From Limnochordia bacterium (lineage in GTDB: Bacteria > Bacillota > Limnochordia > Darwinibacteriales > SLO01): a stretch of 34,919 nucleotides of DNA. The stretch covers positions 1-34,919 of the forward strand of contig SLOG01000019.1 of NCBI GenBank assembly GCA_007132635.1, in the 5' to 3' direction. A model generated the notes under the pieces. That model was not told the DNA's origin, searched no databases, and saw nothing but the letters and a program-made list of their open reading frames with translations. Shown piece by piece: positions 1 to 8,291 of this stretch; the first letter of the stretch is position 1; each line of letters starts with the position of its first letter. The position numbers and the translations under genes are program-made.

Positions 1-207
1 GGCCCCTTCCTTTAGATATGAGGATATAACCTCCACTCAGCAAAGGGAGCGCTCTATACGCTGAGCTCATTGGACGCTTGTTAGACTGCTCCCTCGTCAA
101 TGGGGGGCTGGTCTTGTTGGCAAGCATAGATCCGACTGTACGATTTTAGCCTAATGTATTCTGGTCACAGGGACATCGCTCCGATGTCACACAAGATACA
201 TTTCGCG

Positions 208-238
208 GAAGAAACCCCTTTGGACAAGGGGTTTCTTC
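208..238. other. Perfect 13-bp stem-loop (GAAGAAACCCCTT-tggac-AAGGGGTTTCTTC) in the non-coding left edge
   Basis: Read directly from the sequence. There is no U/T tract immediately 3' on either strand, so it is not a canonical intrinsic terminator. A T7 run lies about 20 nt downstream on the + strand. Confidence 0.45.
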
Positions 239-312
239 GCCTATCAGAAAGGAACGGTTTTTTTCGGTGTATCCTGTGTATCCGCTAATCGACTTCGGCG
301 AGTTCTTGTGGT

Positions 313-1566
313 ATGCTGACGATGAATATGGAGGCAGTTTCCACCACCCACAGTTCGGAAGAAGGTCGCGCCGTGAAGCCACCCGTTCTGCCCCGCGCCA
401 TGATTCCTATCGCTTGCTTTTATGCACTGATCTTCATGAACAACGGGGCATTCAACTCGTATGTCAGTCTCTACTATGCCAGCATCGACTTAACAAACGC
501 AGAGATCGGTCTCTTGACCTCAGTCAGTGCTCTCGTAGCCCTCTTCGCGCAGCCTCTGTGGGGTACCATCAGTGACAGGGCCGCTAGTAAGAATCGTGTT
601 CTCACCCTGCTCGTGATCTGCTCAGCCATCAGCATCTGGTTGACTCCCTTGGCCGGCTCAACACTCTGGCTGCTCTTGATTTTCACGTCCATCTACTACC
701 TGTTCCATTGCGCTGTTAACCCCCTCAGCGATGCCGTCACTCTGGAGATTGCCTCCCGGGAAGGCTTCAGTTTCTCCATTATCCGCACCGTAGGGTCTCT
801 CGGTTTCGCCCTCACGGCTGCTGTCGCAGGACGAGTTATTGAATCCAATATCATGAACATCTTCGTTGCTGTCTCGGTGTTGATGTTCAGCGCGTTCCTG
901 CTTTCGTTCCGTATCCCTGCCGTGGAAGGATACCAAGACCGCCGTCATCCTGTTCGTTTTTGGGAGCTCTTCAGCAGTCCGCAGCTGTGTGTCATCTATA
1001 CATATACATTCCTACTTAGCTGTTCTTTGGGATTTTTCTTTTCGTTCCACTCCATCTATAGTTTGGAGCAAGGTGTGTCGACGACGATTCTGGGAACGGC
1101 TATTATGGTCGGGTCGTTCAGCCAGTTTCCGTTCATGGTCTTTTTTGACCGTATTAACAAGAGGTTCCGGATCGTTGATCTCTTAACCGTGTCTGGGCTT
1201 ATCCTTACCCTCCGCTGGTTTCTGTACTCCACCATTCTTTCACCAGAAACCATCATTCCCATGTGGCTCCTGCACGGAGGCACGTACATTGTCATCTACC
1301 TATGCCTTGCAGACTATGTCCATCGCCACGTTCGCCCAGAACTGCAGGCCAGCGGCCAGATGATGAATGCTGTCATCATCATGGGCATTAGTCGTGCTGC
1401 AGGTAGTGCCCTAGGCGGGGCGGCCGCCCACAGCTTCGGACTGCAAACAGCATTTCTCATGGCTGCCGTGTTGTGCTTCGCTGCAGTTGCGCTTTTTACC
1501 ACCATTGTACGTGGCACCAACCTGTTTCGTCTGCCCGCCTCTAACGAAGTCCGTGGAAAGACATGA
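313..1566 (+). CDS. MFS transporter, MFS_1_like / HcaT-LacY-like subfamily
   Basis: 417-aa ORF that is hydrophobic throughout, with about 12 predicted TM segments. The N-terminal pattern 'FYALIFMNNGAFNSYVSLYYAS...LWGTISDR' is typical of MFS_1_like symporters. The start codon is uncertain: no good SD precedes 313, and a GTG near 376 preceded by GAAGG is an alternative. Confidence 0.8.
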   Translation: MLTMNMEAVSTTHSSEEGRAVKPPVLPRAMIPIACFYALIFMNNGAFNSYVSLYYASIDLTNAEIGLLTSVSALVALFAQPLWGTISDRAASKNRVLTLLVICSAISIWLTPLAGSTLWLLLIFTSIYYLFHCAVNPLSDAVTLEIASREGFSFSIIRTVGSLGFALTAAVAGRVIESNIMNIFVAVSVLMFSAFLLSFRIPAVEGYQDRRHPVRFWELFSSPQLCVIYTYTFLLSCSLGFFFSFHSIYSLEQGVSTTILGTAIMVGSFSQFPFMVFFDRINKRFRIVDLLTVSGLILTLRWFLYSTILSPETIIPMWLLHGGTYIVIYLCLADYVHRHVRPELQASGQMMNAVIIMGISRAAGSALGGAAAHSFGLQTAFLMAAVLCFAAVALFTTIVRGTNLFRLPASNEVRGKT

Positions 1567-2296
1567 GTTCAATATTCTCTTCCTCCAGAGCAGCCTTCAC
1601 ATCTGCATTCAGCAGCACAGAAAGCTCATCTTCCCTCCGATGCCAAAAATCATCGACGAATTGGTGCTCGGGACTAACGTATCCCGGGTGTGTGACTATC
1701 TCGGTCACCCCGTCGGGAAGGCTTCGCAGCTTCGCTATCAGGGAGTCGACCGTCATAGGACCTTCTGGGAAGTGTTCGGTGTAGTCCGGCATACGTACAG
1801 GTGAACTAGCTAACCAATCATCCAATCCGGGGAGATATCCTGGACGCGGACGCCGGATGGGCAGACTGTGTTCAACAGCCAACTTAACAACCAGCTGCAA
1901 AATGTCCAGCCGTGTCGTACCCATATGTAAATCGAGGTGTGACACCGAGAAGCCGAGATGATACGCCTCCGCAATTTGGGCGCGCAGTTCGTTCTCCACG
2001 TGGCTGATGGAAGACCTCTCGGAAAGTCTCGGGTCAAACCGAAACCAACCATTCTCTGTCACTAAACTAGGCACCTCCGAAACCGGCAGCAAGGGACGGA
2101 AGCAGGTAAGGTTCAAATGCACCCCAACTCCCAGCTCCGGACGAGCTTGACTCAGTGAAGCTGCCAAAAAGCGGCTCGGCATGTTCGTCATAACGCAGGT
2201 GCTCGAAATGACACCAAACCTATGGCCAAAGGCTATCCCCGTAGTCACTCCCTGTGTGACGCCAAAATCGTCTCCATTGATGATCAACTGTTTCAA
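1541..2296 (-). CDS. YdjC/ChbG-family carbohydrate deacetylase-like protein
   Basis: Family-typical N-terminus 'KQLIINGDDFGVTQGVTTGI...VISSTCVMTNMP'. The ORF is open up to 2569, but that extension would overlap the divergent gene at 2408. A TTG at 2296 (or 2299), 5-8 nt after AAAGGGG, gives 'MKQLIINGDDFG' and a family-typical length of about 250 aa. Confidence 0.75.
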   Translation of the reverse strand: MKQLIINGDDFGVTQGVTTGIAFGHRFGVISSTCVMTNMPSRFLAASLSQARPELGVGVHLNLTCFRPLLPVSEVPSLVTENGWFRFDPRLSERSSISHVENELRAQIAEAYHLGFSVSHLDLHMGTTRLDILQLVVKLAVEHSLPIRRPRPGYLPGLDDWLASSPVRMPDYTEHFPEGPMTVDSLIAKLRSLPDGVTEIVTHPGYVSPEHQFVDDFWHRREDELSVLLNADVKAALEEENIELMSFHGLR

Positions 2297-2407
2297 CAAC
2301 AACACCCCTTTCGAAGAAGACTCGCAGGATATTTCACCGATGGTGACAAACAATCCTTTTAACGGGTTCATCGAAATCCCAAACCGAGTGCCGAAAGGAG
2401 TATACCT

Positions 2408-3487
2408 ATGCAGGCTATGTCCAAGCGAGAACGTGTAGAGGCAGCCATTCAGTTTCAAGAAACAGACCGTGTACCTGTGTACGATATCTTGATCAACGAC
2501 GCCGTCATTGAGTACTTCACAGGTACCTTCCCACCCTACGGAGAGGAAGGAGCCAAGCTGCAGTGCCAAGCCATCGGCCGCATGTTAGATATGACGCGAG
2601 GTGCAGGGGCTTCACCTAGAGAGGAAGGTGAACGCAAAGACGAAGATGGTTTCGTTCACTACCACTACCGCTGGACATCAGGAGGCATTCGCCACCGCCC
2701 CTTTACGGACCTGGCAGGTGCCATGGAATGGCTGAAGAAAGCCAACAGCCGACTCGAGAAGCAGAACAAGTCATTCGACGCCAGGCAGACGGCGGACACA
2801 TTTAAAGAGCGGTTCTCCAAGCTCACCGAATACATCGGGGATGACACGGTCATTCTCCACGGCCAAAGCGGCACCGGCCTCGACCAAGTCCGCTACCTAC
2901 TAGGCCTCGAGTTCTTTTCGTATATCTCAGTCGATGCTCCTCAGCTGCTCTCGGAATATCTCGACTTGGCTACCGACCTGGAAGTCAAGACGATCCACGC
3001 CATCGCTGACCGGCGCCTATCACCCTGCACGCTTACTTATGGTGATATTGCCATCAAGGGCGGCCTGATGCACTCGCCCGCGTGGCTGAAAGCCGAATTT
3101 CTCCCCAGACTCCAGCGTCTCAATGATGCTTGGCACGACCACGACATCCTCTGTCTGTTTCACTCCGATGGGGACTTGATGCCCATCATGCCCGAACTGA
3201 TCGCTACAGGCATCGACGGACTCAACCCGATTGAAACCACGGCTGGCATGGATATCGCTGAAGTGAAGCGTTTGTACGGCGGGCAAGTGTTTCTCACAGG
3301 AGGCATCGACATCAGCACGCTCATGTCGTTCGGAACTCCCGATGAAGTGCGTCAGGAATGCGAACAAGCCATTGCCGCGGCCGGACCCGGCTACTTCATC
3401 GGATCAACGACCGAACTCGACAATGGCTCAAAGCTGGAAAACGTATTGACCATGCTGGAAGTCGCATGGAACAAAAAGCTGAGGTGA
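2408..3487 (+). CDS. Uroporphyrinogen-decarboxylase (URO-D) fold family protein, paralog 1; not a canonical HemE
   Basis: 359 aa. SD GAAAGGAG lies 7 nt before the ATG. URO-D-like features include 'ETDRVPVYD' near the N-terminus, 'FHSDGDLMPIMPELIATGIDGLNPIE' and 'GGIDISTL'. It lacks the HemE 'MRQAGR' motif. Confidence 0.8.
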   Translation: MQAMSKRERVEAAIQFQETDRVPVYDILINDAVIEYFTGTFPPYGEEGAKLQCQAIGRMLDMTRGAGASPREEGERKDEDGFVHYHYRWTSGGIRHRPFTDLAGAMEWLKKANSRLEKQNKSFDARQTADTFKERFSKLTEYIGDDTVILHGQSGTGLDQVRYLLGLEFFSYISVDAPQLLSEYLDLATDLEVKTIHAIADRRLSPCTLTYGDIAIKGGLMHSPAWLKAEFLPRLQRLNDAWHDHDILCLFHSDGDLMPIMPELIATGIDGLNPIETTAGMDIAEVKRLYGGQVFLTGGIDISTLMSFGTPDEVRQECEQAIAAAGPGYFIGSTTELDNGSKLENVLTMLEVAWNKKLR

Positions 3488-3491
3488 CACT

Positions 3492-4589
3492 GTGAACGAA
3501 AGGGAACGATTTCGCGAGACGATGACATTCGGCACACCCGACCGCGTTCCGTATTGGGAATGTGCGTTTTGGCAGGAGACCCTTGAGCGGTGGAAGCGAG
3601 AAGGCCTACCCGAGAACGTTGATCATGCAGAAGCCTCTCTGTGTGACTTCTTCGGCTTCGATCGGAGCTTCGGCGTCTATTTTAGACAAACAATTCCCAT
3701 AAATATAGACCTGGAACCGCCATTCCGGCGTGAACTCCTGTCGGAAGAAGACGGAATCATCACTGAACGCGGCGGCGATGGCGTCATATCTCGCTGGTCG
3801 CCGACCGGTCACTCCACAAGGCAGTTTGTCCGCTTCCCAGTCGAGACCCGGGCTGACTTCCACGAACTGAAACCTCGCCTGCAGCCCGACTCACCTGGCC
3901 GATTCCCGTTAGGCTGGCTGGAGAGCGCCAAGACCCGCCAGTCAGACGGAGCTCCCGTATGCCTGCGAGTCGGGGGGTATTTCGGCTTTGCCCGGAGCCT
4001 CATGGGACTGGAGAACCTGTCGCTCGCGTTTTTCGATCAACCAACGCTGATAGAGGAGATCTTTGCCTATCGGACAGAATACTTGACTCAGCTGCTAGAG
4101 ACAGTGCTGCAGCAGGTGCAGCCTGACTTCGCCGAATTCTGGGAAGACATGGCGTACAAGACGGCGCCGCTTGTTTCCCCGAGCTTGTATCGTCGTCTAG
4201 CCCTCAAACACTACCGCTCAATCACCGACCTCCTAACCAAGTACGGTGTCAATATTATCCTGTTGGACTCGGACGGGCGCATCGACGACCTAATCCCCAT
4301 CTGGATTGATGGCGGCGTGACCTGCGTGTGGCCCTTGGAAGTCGCTGCGGGCATGGACACCCTAAAACTGCGACAGGCTTACGGTAGAAATCTAGGACTC
4401 ATCGGCGGCATTGATAAACGGGTGCTGGCTGCGGACCAAAAGACTATTCGTGATGAAGTTCTACGCGTAATTCCACCTTTGGTGGAGACGGGAGGCTTCA
4501 TACCGACCTGTGACCACGCTGTACCGCCCGACGTACCGTTTTCCAACTACATGTACTATCTGCAGCTCATTCGCGAAATCTGCTGCTGA
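3492..4589 (+). CDS. URO-D fold family protein, paralog 2
   Basis: 365 aa with a GTG start 5 nt after GAGGTG, which overlaps the stop of the preceding gene. Contains 'TPDRVPYWE', 'LLDSDGRIDDLIPIWIDGGVTCVWPLE' and 'IGGIDKRVL'. The architecture parallels paralog 1. Confidence 0.8.
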   Translation: MNERERFRETMTFGTPDRVPYWECAFWQETLERWKREGLPENVDHAEASLCDFFGFDRSFGVYFRQTIPINIDLEPPFRRELLSEEDGIITERGGDGVISRWSPTGHSTRQFVRFPVETRADFHELKPRLQPDSPGRFPLGWLESAKTRQSDGAPVCLRVGGYFGFARSLMGLENLSLAFFDQPTLIEEIFAYRTEYLTQLLETVLQQVQPDFAEFWEDMAYKTAPLVSPSLYRRLALKHYRSITDLLTKYGVNIILLDSDGRIDDLIPIWIDGGVTCVWPLEVAAGMDTLKLRQAYGRNLGLIGGIDKRVLAADQKTIRDEVLRVIPPLVETGGFIPTCDHAVPPDVPFSNYMYYLQLIREICC

Positions 4590-5466
4590 TGGCCGGAGGG
4601 GCTAAGGAACCATCATTCAAGCGGTTCAACCCGGTTCGATAGGGGCTGTAGCTGAGAGCTTCCCAGAAATCTGCAGTAAACTCCGCCTTCCCCGGCAGCA
4701 GCGGCGGCCAAGCGAGTTCTAGAAGCGCCCATGCCTTAGAAGCATGGCCGCTGTAAATCAATTCCAGCAGATAGGCCCAAAAGGGGGCAACCCACTCAAG
4801 GCTTGGATTCTCGAGCAATGCAGCTTGGATCGCGAGACCTTGCTCCAGCAGATCAGCAGCGTCGGGAGGTGGCCGACGCATCAAATGGTCGGCCACGGCA
4901 TAGGCGGTTCCGTCGTAGCACAGCACCACGGCCGGAGCCGGGGACGAGGCGAAGTCTGTCCTCCAATAGGCGAAGGTCCAATCATGGGTCAGAAACTCCA
5001 TAGCGCCGTTCCCCGTGATGTCGGCGAAGTGCGATCCATCGTCGTGACCCCCGCCCAAGGGCCCCAGCGGCCGCAGCTCGGAACCCAGCTCAAATAGGTG
5101 AAAATAGATGCAGCAGTGTGCTCCGCCTGTCCACTCTCGCACCACAAGGTCAGGGACCCCGTTATTCGTGATGTCCTCACCGATGGTCAACGTCGGTACC
5201 TGCTCTTCAGGCAGATACAGATCCTCAGGTGATTGGCCGATCCAAAACCGCCAGCCGCTCTGTCTATGCACCAATGATCCGCTTTGGTATATTTCGAGAT
5301 ACGACTCGGAAAACTCATCCACTTGATAGATGCGTATGTCGTAATCACCATATTGGACGCGAGTCTCTATGCCATCGGCAGTCTCTGCTGCCCCGCAAAA
5401 CGCAGAAACGAGTACGACCAGCAAGCCAGCGAAAGCGCGTACTATACGAGAATGCCGCACCTTCAT
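4567..5466 (-). CDS. Secreted hypothetical protein with FG-GAP/VCBS-like calcium-loop motifs
   Basis: The preferred start is M15 of the ORF (ATG at 5466, AGGGGGG upstream). It gives a signal-peptide-like N-terminus 'MKVRHSRIVRAFAGLLVVLVSAFCGAAE'. Contains 'DITNNGVPDLVV' and 'DITGNGAMEF' motifs and 'GGAHCC'. The 3' end overlaps the convergent URO-D gene by 23 nt. Confidence 0.65.
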   Translation of the reverse strand: MKVRHSRIVRAFAGLLVVLVSAFCGAAETADGIETRVQYGDYDIRIYQVDEFSESYLEIYQSGSLVHRQSGWRFWIGQSPEDLYLPEEQVPTLTIGEDITNNGVPDLVVREWTGGAHCCIYFHLFELGSELRPLGPLGGGHDDGSHFADITGNGAMEFLTHDWTFAYWRTDFASSPAPAVVLCYDGTAYAVADHLMRRPPPDAADLLEQGLAIQAALLENPSLEWVAPFWAYLLELIYSGHASKAWALLELAWPPLLPGKAEFTADFWEALSYSPYRTGLNRLNDGSLAPPAISSRFRE

Positions 5467-5474
5467 CAACCCCC

Positions 5475-6305
5475 CTATACCTTCTCGGCCGCACAACGAT
5501 GCCACCAATCCATGGACGGCAGATTGATGTCAAAATACCGCACCAGGGCCGCATGGTATGCTGCGGGGGTCTTTGGCTTGAATACTTCAACAGAATCCCC
5601 CGCAAATACGCGGAACTCGTTACCGGACACAGTCACGCGGCCTTCTTTGGTCCGCAAGGCAGCCATCGCCCCCTTAGTAAAGAGCGAGTCCGGAGAGCTC
5701 TCACACCAGTAGTTGGTGGTAGTGAAATCCTTGCCAAGCTGTGGTTCGTCCGTAAAGGAGTACAGCTGACGCCAAGACTCATGGACAAATTCGTACAGTA
5801 TCCAGCCAAAAAACGGCTCCTGCTCCAGTTTGTATGTTTCACTGCCCTGTGTTTGCGGAGTATGCGGAAGCATCTCGATGGGTCGGCGCGGAACGATACC
5901 ACCCACACCTACATCGCATAGGTAGAACCGGCCGTCTACTTCAACCCGGAGCACATGGTGACGTCGTTTGGGAGGTGGATTCGGCTCATCTCGCCAAAAC
6001 CGGGCCATGAGGCTGGTAACCGGATATCCCAGCTCCTCAAGCAGCCAGCGAAACAGAGCATTTAACTCAAAACAGTAGCCGCCGCGCCCATTCTCGACGA
6101 TCTTTCGGTAGAGATCATCGATCTCCAGCGAAAGCGGCACCCCCAGGAGGATATCGAAATTCTCATAGGGGACAGCGTGCAGATGGCTTTCCTGGATCTC
6201 TGCCAGCATCTCCGCCGAGCCGTCAAGACGACCCGAAAACTGTATTCGGTGGAGATACGCCTGCACCCGAAGAGAGGGCTCAATTGTTTGGGACCGAACA
6301 GCCAT
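5475..6305 (-). CDS. Arylamine N-acetyltransferase (NAT family)
   Basis: Contains 'HLHAVPYENFDILLG' and the catalytic-Cys context 'GRGGYCFELNALF'. Start trimmed to the ATG at 6305, which is preceded by GGGAGGAGGA. The longer ORF to 6371 would overlap tatA3. Confidence 0.85.
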   Translation of the reverse strand: MAVRSQTIEPSLRVQAYLHRIQFSGRLDGSAEMLAEIQESHLHAVPYENFDILLGVPLSLEIDDLYRKIVENGRGGYCFELNALFRWLLEELGYPVTSLMARFWRDEPNPPPKRRHHVLRVEVDGRFYLCDVGVGGIVPRRPIEMLPHTPQTQGSETYKLEQEPFFGWILYEFVHESWRQLYSFTDEPQLGKDFTTTNYWCESSPDSLFTKGAMAALRTKEGRVTVSGNEFRVFAGDSVEVFKPKTPAAYHAALVRYFDINLPSMDWWHRCAAEKV

Positions 6306-6321
6306 CGTCTTCCTCCTCCCG

Positions 6322-6528
6322 TTAGGGCTTGTCTTCAGGCGGTTGAGTCTTAGGCTTCTCGTCCAATGCATCGTCCATCGTATCCTGCATTTCCTTCATC
6401 GACTTCTTGAACTCCCGCAAACCTTGCCCAAGAGAGCGCCCCAGCTCGGGCAGCTTAGCAGGGCCAAACACGATCAACGCAACACCAAGGATCAGAATCA
6501 GCTCCGCAGGGCCAATACGTCCGAACAT
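6322..6528 (-). CDS. tatA: Twin-arginine translocase subunit TatA/E (paralog 3)
   Basis: '[42 protein letters not shown]' is the canonical TatA TM segment plus amphipathic helix. AGGAGGAG lies upstream. A GTG at 6531 is an alternative start. Confidence 0.85.
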   Translation of the reverse strand: MFGRIGPAELILILGVALIVFGPAKLPELGRSLGQGLREFKKSMKEMQDTMDDALDEKPKTQPPEDKP

Positions 6529-6603
6529 CACCTGTCATCTCCTCCTAATAGCTGTGATCGCATTCCATACAGCCAGTTCTACAGCAAAGCAATAAGCTTA
6601 CTC

Positions 6604-6723
6604 GAAGGCATTTGATTTTCTCGATTTTGACGAAAGCCAGTTTACGCCATTTACCTAAAATGCTAGGTCAACGGCGTGGCGCGATGCCCTCGTCCGTAGA
6701 AAACGGAGAAAATCAACGCCTTC
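6604..6723. repeat. Copy 1 of a ~120-nt imperfect-palindromic intergenic element, between tatC and tatA3
   Basis: Outer arms GAAGGCaTTTGATTTTCTC / GAGAAAATCAAcGCCTTC, inner GACGA / TCGTC, and a central hairpin ACGCCATTTACC-loop-GGTCAACGGCGT. By hand count, 72 of 89 ungapped positions match copy 3. Confidence 0.85.
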
Positions 6724-6768
6724 CTAGCCAAGAGAATCCATCTGGGTGCGCTGTCTCGGAGTCAACTG

Positions 6769-7494
6769 CTATTCTTTTTTGGCTTTGCGCCGTCCGATGA
6801 CAATCGCCACGAGCACACTCAACTCAAAGAGAAGAACCATGGGTCCAGCAAGCAGAACCTGGGAGATCAAATCCGGCGGTGACAATACGGCTGCCACGAC
6901 TATGATGGCCAGGTAGATATATTTGCGGTTTCGCTTTAGTCCAGCTGCTGTCAGCAGATTTAGCTGTGTAAGCAGGACCACCACAATAGGCATCTCGAAG
7001 ACAATACCAAAAGACAGTAAAATGGATGTGATGAAACCTACATAACTCGCCACAGAGAACATTGGTTCGACACCAGAGAACGCAATACCGGTAAAAAACT
7101 CAATCGTCAAGGGTAGGATAACAGCATAGGCAAAGACCACGCCGACAGCAAAGAAAAAGACCCCTGCAACCAACGAGATGCCCATGTATAACTTCTCGCG
7201 CCGATGAAGCCCCGGCTTCAGAAACAGCCAGACCTGACCAAGAGTGATGGGAAGCGTAAGCATGATACCGGCTATGATTGATAGTTTGACATACACAAGA
7301 AAGAGTTCTGGCGGAGACAGATAGACAAACCGGAGCCCCTCAGCCGGGCGCATGACGAGCTCCGTAATCTGGCTCACAAATTGATAGCTGAGGATCGTCC
7401 CCGCAAGGATGCTGGCCACCAAGATGATGAGCCGTCGCCGCAGCTCCGCCAGGTGTTCAATGAAGGTGAGCGGCTGCTCCTCACTTTCCCTCAC
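6769..7494 (-). CDS. tatC: Twin-arginine translocase subunit TatC
   Basis: 241 aa with a GTG start. 'LTFIEHLAELRRRLI' is the canonical TatC N-terminus, followed by six hydrophobic segments. Confidence 0.9.
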   Translation of the reverse strand: MRESEEQPLTFIEHLAELRRRLIILVASILAGTILSYQFVSQITELVMRPAEGLRFVYLSPPELFLVYVKLSIIAGIMLTLPITLGQVWLFLKPGLHRREKLYMGISLVAGVFFFAVGVVFAYAVILPLTIEFFTGIAFSGVEPMFSVASYVGFITSILLSFGIVFEMPIVVVLLTQLNLLTAAGLKRNRKYIYLAIIVVAAVLSPPDLISQVLLAGPMVLLFELSVLVAIVIGRRKAKKE

Positions 7495-7507
7495 AAATCA
7501 CCAACCC

Positions 7508-7687
7508 CTATTCCGACTTCTGCTCTGTTTCGCTCTCATCTTCCGGTGCGCCAGATGAGTGCTCGCGGAACTCGCGGATTGCCTTCCCTAAAGACTGACC
7601 GATAGCCGGCACTTTTGATGGGCCAAAGATTACCAGCACAATGATGAGAATAAGGATTAACTCCATGGGACCGAGTCGTCCAAACAT
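7508..7687 (-). CDS. tatA: Twin-arginine translocase subunit TatA/E (paralog 2); 59 aa, below the ORF-track cutoff
   Basis: Hand translation of the minus strand from the ATG at 7687 gives MFGRLGPMELILILIIVLVIFGPSKVPAIGQSLGKAIREFREHSSGAPEDESETEQKSE, ending at the stop (TAG on the minus strand) at 7508-7510. GGGAGG lies upstream. The stop is 13 nt before the tatC start. Confidence 0.8.
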   Translation of the reverse strand: MFGRLGPMELILILIIVLVIFGPSKVPAIGQSLGKAIREFREHSSGAPEDESETEQKSE

Positions 7688-7739
7688 AAGTCTGCCTCCC
7701 TCAAGGTCATTCTGACAAAACCACCGCGGACAGGCGACC

Positions 7740-7925
7740 TCATTTTTTGCTGCGGAAAACGTTTGTGATATCCAGCGACTCTTTCAGTTCGTTGGTGGTC
7801 TTCCGGTACTCCGTGATTCCGCGGCCCAACGTCTTCGCCGCCTGGGGAAGATTCTTAGGGCCGATGATGACAACCAGCACCACCGCGATCAAAAGCATCT
7901 CCAAAAGCCCAATTCTTCCAAACAT
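7740..7925 (-). CDS. tatA: Twin-arginine translocase subunit TatA/E (paralog 1)
   Basis: 'MFGRIGLLEMLLIAVVLVVIIGPKNLPQAAKTLGRGITEYRK' has TatA architecture. Confidence 0.85.
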   Translation of the reverse strand: MFGRIGLLEMLLIAVVLVVIIGPKNLPQAAKTLGRGITEYRKTTNELKESLDITNVFRSKK

Positions 7926-8074
7926 ACGTCACCATCCTCAGAGTCAAGCTCCACCGGACCGGAATAATCTCGTAGGCCAACTGCACGAACACTCTATCCA
8001 GATCGCCAAAAGCCTTATGACTGTTCACTTCGTCAAGTGTTTCAAAGATCCTTCTTGACCTCAAGTTACCTCTG

Positions 8075-8195
8075 GAAGGCTTTTGATCTTGCCGATTTTG
8101 CCGAGTGCCGGTTCAGCTCGTTGACCTTAAATGCCACGTAAACGAGGTGCTGTGATGCCCTCGTCGGTGGAAAAACGGAGAGAATCAACGTCTTC
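8075..8195. repeat. Copy 2 of the ~120-nt imperfect-palindromic element, in the divergent region upstream of tatA1
   Basis: By hand count, 79 of 89 ungapped positions match copy 3. The right arm 'TCGGTGGAAAAACGGAGAGAATCAACGTCTTC' parallels copy 1. The stems carry more mismatches than in copies 1 and 3. Confidence 0.85.
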
Positions 8196-8244
8196 CTTGA
8201 TAAGTGAGCGAAACAAAAAAGCCGTACTCATTGCCGGCATTTTT

Positions 8245-8253
8245 TGGTAGAAT
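8245..8253 (+). promoter_or_regulatory. Candidate extended -10 promoter (TGgTAGAAT) for the membrane-protein gene
   Basis: TGgTAGAAT lies about 40 nt upstream of the ATG at 8292, with no clear -35. The same 'TTTGGTAGAAT' string occurs upstream of hup. Confidence 0.4.
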
Positions 8254-8291
8254 GGTGATAGGAATTCAATTTTGAGAGGAGCGGTACCAAA

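Noticed and set aside
2297-2569. Long N-terminal extension of the YdjC ORF (91 extra residues)
   Set aside because: It would overlap the start of the divergent URO-D gene at 2408 and remove the shared promoter region. The family N-terminus 'MKQLIINGDDFG' is reproduced exactly by the TTG at 2296 with an SD.
6612-6800. 62-aa + strand ORF covering repeat copy 1
   Set aside because: It lies entirely within the repeat and flanking spacer and has no SD. The equivalent frames are not conserved in copies 2 and 3. It is an artefact of the repeat sequence.
7855-8064. 69-aa minus-strand ORF (TTG start) in the spacer upstream of tatA1
   Set aside because: It runs out of frame into the tatA1 coding region. 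It has a weak SD at only 3-nt spacing, a low-complexity non-protein-like sequence and no recognisable family.
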